Source of the DNA: Escherichia phage LH01
Sequence record: PP434429
DNA: 64,000 nt
Strand: one strand, 5' to 3'
This document shows, in pieces, positions 40,169 through 49,588 of this stretch (its first letter is position 1; every line of letters begins with the position of its first letter). Position numbers and translations under genes: made by a program. The notes under the pieces were generated by a model, which made no database searches, had not been told where the DNA came from, and saw nothing but the letters and a program-made list of their open reading frames with translations.

Positions 40169-40752
40169 TTATATACGCTCTCAGTAATTTCGGTGAGTTC
40201 ATCGATTCTGTAGTAATGAGATTCTACCATAGAACGTTGAAGCATAATATCTTGGATGAAATCTTTATCAAGTTGAACGTCTGAATTAACACGACATTTC
40301 TTAATGATTTTAGTCATCACAATTTCATCAGCATAAGGCAGTGCTTGTTTTAATAGAGCCGGGCCACCGATAACAGATACATCAACATGTTCAGTAGAAA
40401 GTTTAAATGGTACGTCTGTTGAAGGGCCGAACAAGTTAATTTCACTACCAGTCACCAGGGTAATAAATTCTGCTTGGGTGATATAGAACCGTGCAAGTTC
40501 GTCGCTTTTAGTCCTAGGCAGTTTTCTAGACATATCGGTGACAACTACATGAGTACGATCTGGGAGTAGACGAGGTAATGATGCAAAAGTCTTAGCACCC
40601 ATAACCATTACAGTGTTTTTAGTGCGAGCAACAAAGTTACTCATATCTTGTTTGATATGCTTCCATGGAAGTCCATCACCTAATCCAAAAGCATATTCCA
40701 GTTTATCATCAACTGTTTTAGACGGGGCACATGCAAATACTAATTTAAGCAT
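40165..40752 (-). CDS. frd: dihydrofolate reductase
   Basis: 195 aa; coupled to td; conserved GLGDGLPW and VIGGPALL. Confidence 0.9.
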   Translation of the reverse strand: MLKLVFACAPSKTVDDKLEYAFGLGDGLPWKHIKQDMSNFVARTKNTVMVMGAKTFASLPRLLPDRTHVVVTDMSRKLPRTKSDELARFYITQAEFITLVTGSEINLFGPSTDVPFKLSTEHVDVSVIGGPALLKQALPYADEIVMTKIIKKCRVNSDVQLDKDFIQDIMLQRSMVESHYYRIDELTEITESVYK

Positions 40753-40990
40753 CTTTAAGCCCTTTAATAACTTTTTGGATTTGTGATTTTGATGAAACTA
40801 AATCACACTGGATTTGGCAACCATCGGCAGGGTCAAATGTTGTAACGCAAACACGTGCTGGCATGGTGTATTCGTCAGACAAATCGAATGCATCAGCAAT
40901 ATATTTGGCTAAATCCGGGTGGTCTAAATTGACCGAAGTATAAACTTCATATCCGTCATCACCCTTGGAGTATTCAACAACAATAATCAT
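40745..40990 (-). CDS. hypothetical protein (81 aa)
   Basis: ORF coupled to frd. Confidence 0.45.
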   Translation of the reverse strand: MIIVVEYSKGDDGYEVYTSVNLDHPDLAKYIADAFDLSDEYTMPARVCVTTFDPADGCQIQCDLVSSKSQIQKVIKGLKDA

Positions 40991-40992
40991 TT

Positions 40993-41184
40993 TTATTTCC
41001 TCAGATATTTTTTGACCATATAGTATTGGAATTCAAACATTCTTGAATCAATAACAAAAATTTGTTTTCTTGGGCATTCATTTAATCGTACAGCTGAACA
41101 CCCAAACGCAAGTTCATGATATTGTTTCTTTTCTATTTCTGAAAGGAAAGTTCTAAGATAACGGAAAAATAGACAGTTAATCAT
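40993..41184 (-). CDS. hypothetical protein (63 aa)
   Basis: ORF. Confidence 0.4.
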   Translation of the reverse strand: MINCLFFRYLRTFLSEIEKKQYHELAFGCSAVRLNECPRKQIFVIDSRMFEFQYYMVKKYLRK

Positions 41185-41186
41185 AA

Positions 41187-41435
41187 TTATTTCCTCAGAT
41201 TTTTCTTAACAACTTTCCAATCGGCTTTAAACGATTCAACATCAGAATGGTGAATCCAGAATCCTGCGCTTTCACCATCTTCGTAGAGTGGACATCCATC
41301 ACATTCTTCATTCCAACCCATTTCACGTAAAGATGTTTCAGCTTGTTCAAGGAGTTCAGCATCTTTATCAAGGATGTTGAAGTACCATTTGCCTTTAACT
41401 TCAGAGTCGTTAATGCTTTGGCGTTGTAATTTCAT
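41187..41435 (-). CDS. hypothetical protein (82 aa)
   Basis: ORF with promoter carrying a 10-bp inverted repeat. Confidence 0.45.
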   Translation of the reverse strand: MKLQRQSINDSEVKGKWYFNILDKDAELLEQAETSLREMGWNEECDGCPLYEDGESAGFWIHHSDVESFKADWKVVKKNLRK

Positions 41436-41471
41436 TTTATTCTCCGTTGCTTCATTTGTTTTGACAGGGTA

Positions 41472-41501
41472 ATAGTATCACACCATTACCCTGTTGTATA
41501 C
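41472..41501 (-). promoter_or_regulatory. early promoter GTATAC-N18-TACTAT with 10-bp inverted repeat
   Basis: Arms ACAGGGTAAT 41464-41473 and ATTACCCTGT 41485-41494 (10/10) flank the -10. Confidence 0.45.
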
Positions 41502-41863
41502 TATTTTATTCCAAAAATTTCTTTAATTTCTGCAATCACATCTCGAGCATTTTCCGTAGTCACTTCAAAGATGAGTGATTGTTTAGAAATAGACTCTGGA
41601 GATACCTCGATGAAGTGTTTAAACTCATCATCATAAAGCTCAAAATATGAACCTGGCTTACCATCAAAACCGAATTCAGTACCGTCTCGCATAGTTACAC
41701 GGGTTACACATTTATCATCATCATAATCTGTGTTCATGTCTTTTACAACAAAACTAGGACCATGAAGCTCAATCAAAGCCAGCATATCGGCGTTTTGTGG
41801 GCATTCATTGGCGAAGATAGCTTTACATTCTGGATTGATGATATAAGTTTTTCCAATTTTCAT
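41501..41863 (-). CDS. hypothetical protein, paralogue A of tandem pair (120 aa)
   Basis: Shares N-terminal IGK.YIINP...FANEC...HGPSFVV and VTRVTM.DGTE with adjacent ORF. Confidence 0.5.
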   Translation of the reverse strand: MKIGKTYIINPECKAIFANECPQNADMLALIELHGPSFVVKDMNTDYDDDKCVTRVTMRDGTEFGFDGKPGSYFELYDDEFKHFIEVSPESISKQSLIFEVTTENARDVIAEIKEIFGIK

Positions 41864-41895
41864 TTTGATTTCCTCTCATTTGTTTTGATAGGACT

Positions 41896-41925
41896 ACTAT
41901 AACATAGCCCTATCTGATTGTACAC
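41896..41925 (-). promoter_or_regulatory. early promoter GTGTAC-N18-TATAGT with inverted repeat
   Basis: Arms TAGGACTA 41889-41896 and TAGCCCTA 41905-41912 (7/8) flank the -10. Confidence 0.45.
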
Positions 41926-42311
41926 TACTTTTTAAAAGTTTTTTGCAAAAGTTTGATGATTTCGTCGACGTTGGTTTCATCTACGATACAATGGATTTTT
42001 GTTACACCTAAAGTTATACCTTCGTTAGTAGATTGAGGCTTTTCTAAAGTTACCTCAGTAAAGTATTTGAATTCTTCAGAGTAAATCTCAAAATACGTCT
42101 CAAGTGGGCCACCAGCCATGTATTCAGTGCCGTCTTCCATAGTTACACGTACCACACAGTCACCAGCACAATCATCACTTTCCATTTCATCTACAACAAA
42201 ACTAGGTCCGTGCTTCTCTATTAAATTTAGCATCATTACATTGCAACGGCACTCGTTAGCAAAGTCATCTTTAAATAAAGGGTTAATGATATAAGATTTT
42301 CCGATTTCCAT
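41925..42311 (-). CDS. hypothetical protein, paralogue B of tandem pair (128 aa)
   Basis: Paralogue of 41501..41863; own GTTTAC promoter. Confidence 0.5.
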   Translation of the reverse strand: MEIGKSYIINPLFKDDFANECRCNVMMLNLIEKHGPSFVVDEMESDDCAGDCVVRVTMEDGTEYMAGGPLETYFEIYSEEFKYFTEVTLEKPQSTNEGITLGVTKIHCIVDETNVDEIIKLLQKTFKK

Positions 42312-42340
42312 TTTGATTTCCTCATGTTGTTGATAGGTTT

Positions 42341-42369
42341 ATACTAACACATTCAGGGAAGAAGTAAAC
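42341..42369 (-). promoter_or_regulatory. early promoter GTTTAC-N17-TAGTAT
   Basis: Upstream of ORF 41925..42311; lies between gene 32 terminator and the ORF. Confidence 0.4.
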
Positions 42370-42392
42370 AACTTTTTCAGCAATTTACAGAT

Positions 42393-42418
42393 ACTCAAAA
42401 GGGAGACCGAAGTCTCCC
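42393..42418 (-). terminator. terminator after gene 32
   Basis: GGGAGAC-UUCG-GUCUCCC hairpin followed on minus strand by UUUUGAGUAU. Confidence 0.7.
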
Positions 42419-42424
42419 AATTTA

Positions 42425-43324
42425 TTATAGACCAGCTAACAGGTCATCGAGGTCGCCATCGTCAGAAGACGAGGAACTCATGAAGTCATCTTCAGTTTTT
42501 GCAGAACCAAAGGCTTCCATGTCTTTATCAAAATCGTCGAGGTCAGAAGCAACTTTATCTGCAACAGAAGCTGCTGCGGCTGCTGCACCACCGAGAGCGG
42601 CAGTACCAAGAACCTTAGCGAAAGATTCATTTAATTTTTCAAAGGACTTGAACTGGTCTTTAGCCGTCAAAGTAGTAAGGTCTACCATCTGGTCATATAG
42701 TTCTTTCTGGAATGCTTCGTCATTAATACGAGGAATTTCAGATTGACCCAAGAATTTAGATTCGTCATAGTTGCTAAAACCAGAAACCTGCTTAGCTTTC
42801 AGAACGAAGTTGGCACCTTCAAACGGGCAAGTAACATCAACCGGAGTTTCACCCATTTCGGTATCAACAGCAATCATTGCATTGATTTTGTCCCAAATCT
42901 TTTTACCGAAACGATATTTAAATACTTTACCTTCGTTATCTGGAGCTTGAGGGTCTTTAACAACCAGAATATTAGCCCAATAAGAAGTTTTACGTTTCAG
43001 TTGAGAATATTCAGTTTTGTTGGTATTGTACAGGTCATTTTTACTAATGTACTGACATACAGGACAAGAGTCGTAATCACCATGTGTAGAAGAGCAATTT
43101 TCAATATACCATTTACCATTTTTCTTGAAACCGTGGTTAACAAGAATTGCAAATGGTAGTGCGTCATCAGTTTTTGCTGGCAGGAAACGAATTACCGCTT
43201 GACCATTACCTGATGCATCTAGCTTCAGCTTCCATTCGCCTTTATCTTCTGAAGAGAAACCTTTGTTACCGTTCAGTTTAGCCATTTGAGCAGCGAGGTC
43301 AGCAGTAGATTTACGTTTAAACAT
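42425..43324 (-). CDS. 32: single-stranded DNA-binding protein gp32
   Basis: 299 aa; matches T4 gp32 ([35 protein letters not shown]); acidic C-terminal tail. Confidence 0.95.
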   Translation of the reverse strand: MFKRKSTADLAAQMAKLNGNKGFSSEDKGEWKLKLDASGNGQAVIRFLPAKTDDALPFAILVNHGFKKNGKWYIENCSSTHGDYDSCPVCQYISKNDLYNTNKTEYSQLKRKTSYWANILVVKDPQAPDNEGKVFKYRFGKKIWDKINAMIAVDTEMGETPVDVTCPFEGANFVLKAKQVSGFSNYDESKFLGQSEIPRINDEAFQKELYDQMVDLTTLTAKDQFKSFEKLNESFAKVLGTAALGGAAAAAASVADKVASDLDDFDKDMEAFGSAKTEDDFMSSSSSDDGDLDDLLAGL

Positions 43325-43400
43325 TATATTTACCTTTATTTAGATTATTTAATTTATTTACAGTTGGTTGCTACGACACTTATACCTCGTAGCTGGTATG
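43325..43400 (-). promoter_or_regulatory. gene 32 autoregulatory translational operator
   Basis: 5' leader with stem GCUACGA...UCGUAGC (43370-43376 / 43387-43393) then AU-rich UAAAUAAAUUAAAUAAUCUAAAUAAAGGUAAAUAUA before the ATG. Confidence 0.5.
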
Positions 43401-43403
43401 ATT

Positions 43404-43411
43404 TATTTATA
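43404..43411 (-). promoter_or_regulatory. late promoter TATAAATA (gene 32)
   Basis: Exact TATAAATA on minus strand about 80 nt upstream of gene 32 ATG. Confidence 0.5.
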
Positions 43412-43440
43412 AAGTAATTTTAACACACAAGAAATAAAGC

Positions 43441-44094
43441 TTAATACTTACATGATTTGATTGTTTCTATGAACAATTTCTTAGCAGCATTTCCATCGAT
43501 TTGAAGTATTTTTCGATATGCCTTTAATTTGGTAGAATAATTTTGCCAGACTAAATTGTCAGTAAGTTCGTCATGCTTATCTATAATATTCAAGAATGAA
43601 TCCAACAACAAGAAGGTTTCAAATGAAATTATATTGCTTTGTAGCAATTTAAATATGTAGCTCGACTGAACTTTATTATTATAATAAAATATCTCTTGAA
43701 GCGCACTAACTTCCACTTTCTTACTGAAATAGTAGATGTTACGTACGTCTTCAGCAAACGTCTCCTTGGCTTGTTTGAGACGTCCAATATATTCCCTATA
43801 GAAAACTAATGCATCAGCGTCTGATATCTCACCAATCCATGCGTCTTGGTTAGCAACTAAGTTGCTTATGAATATCAAGGTGAGTTCCTTCAATTTATAT
43901 TTCTCTGCTAGTTTTTCAAAGAAATATTTATCTCGGCGTTTTTGATACGCATTATCCGAAACACGCATGCACCAGTTATATTTGATTACGTCATACCGAC
44001 CATTAAAGTGTTGTTTGCACATCAAGTATAGTTTGTATACCGATTTTCCGTTAATATAACGTTCTCCATCAGGAGGCATGCGTATTTTAATCAT
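43441..44094 (-). CDS. 59: helicase loader gp59
   Basis: 217 aa; matches T4 gp59 (YKLYLM.KQH.NG.YDVIKYNWCMRVSD). Confidence 0.93.
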   Translation of the reverse strand: MIKIRMPPDGERYINGKSVYKLYLMCKQHFNGRYDVIKYNWCMRVSDNAYQKRRDKYFFEKLAEKYKLKELTLIFISNLVANQDAWIGEISDADALVFYREYIGRLKQAKETFAEDVRNIYYFSKKVEVSALQEIFYYNNKVQSSYIFKLLQSNIISFETFLLLDSFLNIIDKHDELTDNLVWQNYSTKLKAYRKILQIDGNAAKKLFIETIKSCKY

Positions 44095-44429
44095 AATAAG
44101 AAATCTAACGTATTAGTTTTTTCACCACGAGCAACTGATGGGCGAAGCATGTTTTCGTCAATTGCTTCGCTTGTAATTTTTTCAACAATTCCTGTAGGAA
44201 TAAATTTAGCAAATTGTGTTTCTGGAATAGAATTTTCTTCCAAGAAAGCAGTTGTTGCTTCTAAATAAGACATACCAAATTGTTCAACCATGGATTCGAT
44301 AATGAATCCGTTTTCTTGCCGGTCAAGCAATTTAGCGATATCATCTTTATCATGTTTTACTGCTAATTCTTGTTCAGATAAACCGGCCTCATCAACTGGT
44401 TTAATATCACTTAGTGAAAACTGTGTCAT
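44091..44429 (-). CDS. 33: late transcription co-activator gp33
   Basis: 112 aa; matches T4 gp33 (MTQFSL.DI.PVDE.GLSE.EL). Confidence 0.85.
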   Translation of the reverse strand: MTQFSLSDIKPVDEAGLSEQELAVKHDKDDIAKLLDRQENGFIIESMVEQFGMSYLEATTAFLEENSIPETQFAKFIPTGIVEKITSEAIDENMLRPSVARGEKTNTLDFLL

Positions 44430-44676
44430 AAAGCTCGACTACCTCTTCGTTTTCAGCTTCAAATTGATCACGAGCGTCTTTATGATAAAGAGCTAACAAA
44501 CGATTAAACATTTTTCCATCGACACCAAGCTCTTCTTTAGCACGAGTACGAATGTCTTTAATCAGTTCATTATAACCAGAAATTTTAAGTTTGTTATCGG
44601 AAGCTTCCTTGACTAGTTTAGCCAGTTCTTCACCATGCACATCTTGATTAAATTCAACTGCTTCTTTCTTAGCCAT
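44407..44676 (-). CDS. dsbA: dsDNA-binding protein DsbA
   Basis: 89 aa from ATG at 44676 (MAKKEAVEF...) with GAGGTAAAC RBS; track ORF adds 6 N-terminal codons. Confidence 0.7.
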   Translation of the reverse strand: MAKKEAVEFNQDVHGEELAKLVKEASDNKLKISGYNELIKDIRTRAKEELGVDGKMFNRLLALYHKDARDQFEAENEEVVELYDTVFTK

Positions 44677-44683
44677 GTTTACC

Positions 44684-45601
44684 TCAGAATTCATTAATTA
44701 CACTTGTTAATTTAGAAAGACCAGATTTTACAAAGTATGAATAAATCTTGCCTTTAGGTTGTTGTTTATACGAGTTATAGTACTCTATAATGGTTGAAGC
44801 AATATTATCAGGGATATAATCAAAATCAATGAGAACCAAATTTTCTTGATACCGTTTATATTCTTCTGCACTTAATAATACTTCAGCTTGAGAACGGTCG
44901 TTAGCAATTGATTCAATAATTGATGTTTTCATGCTTGGAGTTCGTTCACCTTCAACTCGAGTAAACCAGAAGTCACCACGAACTCGAACAGATGCGACAC
45001 CATCCTTACGGTCACCTTTAAGAATTTTAGTCATGCAATCAATTTCAGCAGAACCGTTCTTAATTTTAACCCATTTTTTCTGTGGTGGCGACCACTGTTT
45101 AACGTTAGGATATTTGTGTAATTGTGTAAAGTCACCATCTGATGCAACAATACATACCTTATGACCAGCTAATGACAAATATTTAGTTAATACACCGATA
45201 TGGTCATCCGCTTCATACTTGTCAATATCCATTACAACGTATGGCATGTATTTCTTAATCTCATCAACAACTTGATGGAGTGCAGTAAAATATCCTTCCC
45301 AATCCCACTTTGAAGCTTCACGATCGGTTTTACGATTTTTCTTGTAATAGTAAGCAAAATCACGTCGCCAATAACCTGAAGTAGCATTATCCATACACAA
45401 TACAAATTTTGTATAGCCTTGCTTACGGAACATCACGACGTTTTTACGAATTGAATTCAAGATTACATGGCGAACCATTGGTACCGTAATTTTATCGCCG
45501 TCTTCAAAGTTGTTTAATGCGGCTGCCAACGCAATGTTACTAAAGTCGGCAAGTGCAATACCTTCTTTGTAATCTTCATCCAACATCATTTCTAAATCCA
45601 T
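44684..45601 (-). CDS. rnh: RNase H (5'-3' flap exonuclease)
   Basis: 305 aa; matches T4 RNase H (MDLEMMLDEDYKEGI..., WSP..KKWVKIK.GSAEIDCMTKILKGD). Confidence 0.93.
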   Translation of the reverse strand: MDLEMMLDEDYKEGIALADFSNIALAAALNNFEDGDKITVPMVRHVILNSIRKNVVMFRKQGYTKFVLCMDNATSGYWRRDFAYYYKKNRKTDREASKWDWEGYFTALHQVVDEIKKYMPYVVMDIDKYEADDHIGVLTKYLSLAGHKVCIVASDGDFTQLHKYPNVKQWSPPQKKWVKIKNGSAEIDCMTKILKGDRKDGVASVRVRGDFWFTRVEGERTPSMKTSIIESIANDRSQAEVLLSAEEYKRYQENLVLIDFDYIPDNIASTIIEYYNSYKQQPKGKIYSYFVKSGLSKLTSVINEF

Positions 45602-45666
45602 ATGAACCTCTTGTTCAGTTAGTCAACTTGTCTATAGTAACACACTCATTTGAAAGCGTAAACTGG

Positions 45667-45674
45667 TATAAATA
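45667..45674 (+). promoter_or_regulatory. late promoter TATAAATA (gene 34)
   Basis: Exact TATAAATA about 30 nt upstream of gene 34 ATG. Confidence 0.6.
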
Positions 45675-45704
45675 AGTATTATTGAAACAATAAAGGAAAA
45701 ACGA

Positions 45705-48700
45705 ATGGCCGACATCAAACGTAAGTTCAGAGCCGAAGACGGTCTGGACGCCGGTGGCGACAAGATTGTTAACGTAGCATTAGCCGACCGTACAGTAGGT
45801 ACTGATGGCGTAAACGTTGACTTCCTGGTACAAGAAAACACCGTTCAAGTATATGATTCTACGCGTGGATATAACAAAGGATTTGTTGTTCTTTATGACA
45901 ACCGTTTATATCAAGCAATAAATGATATCGTGTCTCCTTCCGGGGCATTTAACCTTTTACAATGGCGTGCAGTTCGTACTGATGCACAATGGATAACTGT
46001 CGCTTCTGGGACTTATCAACTTTCTTCAGGTGAATCGATTTCGGTTAACACTGGTGCTGGCAATGATATGGTTTTCACGTTGCCAAATGCGCCGGTTGAT
46101 GGTGATACTGTTGTTTTGGCTGATATTGGTGGAAGAACCGGGACAGTTAAAGTACAGATTAACGCGTCTGTGCAGAGTATTTTAAACTTTAGAGGTGAAC
46201 AAGTTCGTACAGTTTTAATGACGCGCCCACGTTCACAACTATTGTTTGTGTTTAGTAATCGTTTGTGGCAGATGTATATCATTGATTACGGTAAAGAATC
46301 AATCACTGTTACACCTGCGACACCATATCAAGCACAAGCAAATGATTTTATCGTTCGTCGTTTTACTAGTGCAGCACCAATCAACATTACACTTCCACGT
46401 AATGCTAACAATGGTGATATAATCAGCCTAGTCGATTTAGATAAATTAAACCCACTGTATCATACAATTGTTAAAACATTTGATGATACAACGTCTATTG
46501 GTGAAGTCGGGACTCATATTGCTGAAGGCAGAAATGACTCTGACGCGTTTTTTGTTTTTGATGCTGCAAATAGTTTATGGCGTATATGGGAAGGCGACCA
46601 GAAATCGCGTCTTCGTATTATCCGTGCGGATTCAAATATTCGTCCAAATGAAGAAGTTCTTATCTTTGGCACAAATAACGCTACAACCGGAACTATTAAT
46701 CTTACGCTGCCTACCGGAATTTTGAGTGGTGACACTGTTAAAATTTCAATGAACTACATGCGTAAAGGCCAAACAGTAAAAATTAAAGCTGCCGAAGGTG
46801 ATACAATTGCTTCCACTGTTGCATTGCTTCAGTTCCCTAAACGTTCTGAATATCCACCTGATGCTCAATGGGTCTCTGTTACTGAACTAGAATTCAATGG
46901 CACTACTTCATATGTTCCTGTATTAGAATTAGCGTATATCGAAGACACCGTTGCTGGTACACGTTATTGGGTTGTGCAACAGAATGTCCCTACGGTAGAA
47001 CGTGTTGATGCTGGAACTGATGCTACACGAGCTCGTTTAGGTGTTATTGCTCTTGCTACTCAAGCGCAAGCAAATGTTGATTTAGAGAATACTCCAGCTA
47101 AAGAAGTGGCTATTACTCCTGAAACGTTGGCAAATCGTACAGCAACTGAAGCTCGACGTGGTATCGCTAAAATTGCTACAACAGCACAAGTTAATCAGAA
47201 TTCCACTGCAACATTTGTGGATGATACTATTGTTACGCCTAAAAAACTAAATGAGCGTACAGCAACTGAAACTCGTCGTGGTCTTGCTGAAATTGCTACT
47301 CAGGTTGAAACAGATGCTGGTCTTGATGACACAACGATTATTACACCTAAGAAATTGCAGGCACGTCAGGGTTCTGAAACACTATCTGGTATAGTTAAAT
47401 ATGTATCAACTACTTCTGCTACACCTGCCGCGACTCGTGGAGCTGCAGGCACTAACGTTTATAATAAAACCGTAAATAATTTAACTATTTCTCCTAAAGC
47501 CCTTGACCAATATAAAGCAACTTATGCTCAACAAGGTGCAGTAATTTTAGCTGTTGATAGTGAAGTAATTGCTGGTCAATCTCAAGCAGGTTATTCTCAT
47601 GCTGTAGTAACTCCTGAAACACTACATAAGAAAACTTCTACTGATGGACGTATTGGTTTAATTGAAATTGCTACGCAAGCAGAAACTAATGCTGGGACTG
47701 ATTATACACGTGCAGTAACGCCTAAGACGTTAAATGATAGGAGAGCGACGGAAGGATTATCCGGCATAGCCGAACTTGCTACGCAAGTTGAATTTGATAC
47801 TGGAACTGATGATACTCGTATCTCAACTCCACTGAAAATTAAAACTCATTTTGATTCTTCTGACCGTACCAGTGTTAATTCTGATTCCGGACTTATTGAA
47901 GAAGGAACCTTGTGGAACCATTATACTCTTGATATTTCTAAAGCAAATGAAACACAACGTGGTACACTTCGCGTAGCGACCCAAGCAGAATCTAATGCAG
48001 GAACTTTAGATGATGTTCTTATTACTCCTAAAAAGCTTTTAGGGACTAAGTCCACTGAAACGTCTGAAGGCGTAATTAAGGTTGCTACTCAGGCTGAAAC
48101 TGTAACAGGAACTTCTGCTAATACTGCTGTATCTCCTAAGAATTTAAAATGGATTGTCCAGTCTGAACCAACATGGGCTGCTACTACGGCGATTCGTGGA
48201 TTCGTTAAAACTTCATCTGGTTCTATTACATTCGTTGGTAATGATACAGTTGGTTCAACACAACCTTTAGAATCATATGAAAAAAATAGCTATGCTATAT
48301 CTCCATATGAATTAAACCGTGTACTTGCTAACTATTTGCCATTGAAAGCTAAAGCCGTAGATAGTAATTTATTAGATGGTCTAGATTCATCTCAGTTCAT
48401 TCGTAGGGACATTGCACAGACGGTTAATGGTTCACTAACCTTAACCCAACAAACGAATCTGAGTGCCCCTCTTGTATCATCTAGTACTGCTACGTTTGGT
48501 GGTTCAGTTTCGGCAAATAGTACATTAACTATTTCTAATACTGGAACGGCAACTCGTCTGATTTTTGAGAAAGGACCTCAAACTGGAACAAATCCTGCTC
48601 AAACGATGACTATCAGAGTTTGGGGAAATGAATTTGGTGGTAGTTCAGATACAACGCGTTCTACTGTATTTGAAGTCGGCGATGAAACATCTAATCACTT

Positions 48701-49580
48701 TTATTCTCAACGTAATAAAGCTGGGAATATAACGTTTAGTATCAATGGTACTGTGATGCCAATAAATGTTAACGCTTCAGGCACGTTAAATGCGAATGGC
48801 GTTGCAACATTTGGTCGTTCAGTTACAGCCAATGGTGAATTCATTAGCAAGTCTGCAAATGCTTTCAGAGTAATTAGTGGTGATTACGGATTCTTTATTC
48901 GCAATGATGGCGGCAGCACATATTTTATGCTTACTGCATCTGGTGATCAGACTGGTGGATTTAATGGATTACGTCCATTATCAATTAATAACCAATCCGG
49001 TCAGATTACAATTGGTGAAGGCTTAATCATTGCCAATGGTGCTACTATAAATTCTGGCGGTTTGACTGTTAACTCGAGAATTCGTTCTCAGGGTACTAAA
49101 ACATCCGATTTATATACCCGTGCGCCAACATCTGATAATGTAGGATTCTGGTCAATTGATATTAACGATTCAGCCACTTATAACCAGTTCCCAGGTTATT
49201 TTAAAATGGTTGAAAAAACTAATGAAGTGACTGGGCTTCCATACTTAGAACGTGGCGAAGAAGTTAAATCTCCTGGTACACTGACTCAGTTTGGTAACAC
49301 ACTTGATTCACTTTACCAAGATTGGATTACTTATCCAACAACCCCAGAAGCACGTACAACCCGTTGGACTCGTACATGGCAGAAAACTAAAAATTCTTGG
49401 TCAAGTTTTGTTCAAGTATTTGATGGGGGTAACCCTCCTCAGCCATCTGATATTGGTGCTTTACCTTCTGATAATGCAACAATAGGAAACTTGACAATAA
49501 GGGATTTCTTAAGGATTGGTAATGTCCGCATTATTCCAGACCCTGTGAATAAATCTGTTAAATTCGAGTGGATTGAATAA
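45705..49580 (+). CDS. 34: long tail fibre proximal subunit gp34
   Basis: 1291 aa; N-terminus MA.IKR.FRAEDGLDAGGDKI.NVALADRTVGTDGVNVD as T4 gp34; TATAAATA at 45667-45674. Confidence 0.95.
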   Translation: MADIKRKFRAEDGLDAGGDKIVNVALADRTVGTDGVNVDFLVQENTVQVYDSTRGYNKGFVVLYDNRLYQAINDIVSPSGAFNLLQWRAVRTDAQWITVASGTYQLSSGESISVNTGAGNDMVFTLPNAPVDGDTVVLADIGGRTGTVKVQINASVQSILNFRGEQVRTVLMTRPRSQLLFVFSNRLWQMYIIDYGKESITVTPATPYQAQANDFIVRRFTSAAPINITLPRNANNGDIISLVDLDKLNPLYHTIVKTFDDTTSIGEVGTHIAEGRNDSDAFFVFDAANSLWRIWEGDQKSRLRIIRADSNIRPNEEVLIFGTNNATTGTINLTLPTGILSGDTVKISMNYMRKGQTVKIKAAEGDTIASTVALLQFPKRSEYPPDAQWVSVTELEFNGTTSYVPVLELAYIEDTVAGTRYWVVQQNVPTVERVDAGTDATRARLGVIALATQAQANVDLENTPAKEVAITPETLANRTATEARRGIAKIATTAQVNQNSTATFVDDTIVTPKKLNERTATETRRGLAEIATQVETDAGLDDTTIITPKKLQARQGSETLSGIVKYVSTTSATPAATRGAAGTNVYNKTVNNLTISPKALDQYKATYAQQGAVILAVDSEVIAGQSQAGYSHAVVTPETLHKKTSTDGRIGLIEIATQAETNAGTDYTRAVTPKTLNDRRATEGLSGIAELATQVEFDTGTDDTRISTPLKIKTHFDSSDRTSVNSDSGLIEEGTLWNHYTLDISKANETQRGTLRVATQAESNAGTLDDVLITPKKLLGTKSTETSEGVIKVATQAETVTGTSANTAVSPKNLKWIVQSEPTWAATTAIRGFVKTSSGSITFVGNDTVGSTQPLESYEKNSYAISPYELNRVLANYLPLKAKAVDSNLLDGLDSSQFIRRDIAQTVNGSLTLTQQTNLSAPLVSSSTATFGGSVSANSTLTISNTGTATRLIFEKGPQTGTNPAQTMTIRVWGNEFGGSSDTTRSTVFEVGDETSNHFYSQRNKAGNITFSINGTVMPINVNASGTLNANGVATFGRSVTANGEFISKSANAFRVISGDYGFFIRNDGGSTYFMLTASGDQTGGFNGLRPLSINNQSGQITIGEGLIIANGATINSGGLTVNSRIRSQGTKTSDLYTRAPTSDNVGFWSIDINDSATYNQFPGYFKMVEKTNEVTGLPYLERGEEVKSPGTLTQFGNTLDSLYQDWITYPTTPEARTTRWTRTWQKTKNSWSSFVQVFDGGNPPQPSDIGALPSDNATIGNLTIRDFLRIGNVRIIPDPVNKSVKFEWIE

Positions 49581-49588
49581 GAGGTATT

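Noticed and set aside
37086-43159. Antisense ORFs inside nrdA (37086..37370, 38053..38256), td (39665..39955) and gene 32 (42480..42746, 42743..43159)
   Set aside because: Overlap conserved enzyme genes on the opposite strand without expression signals.
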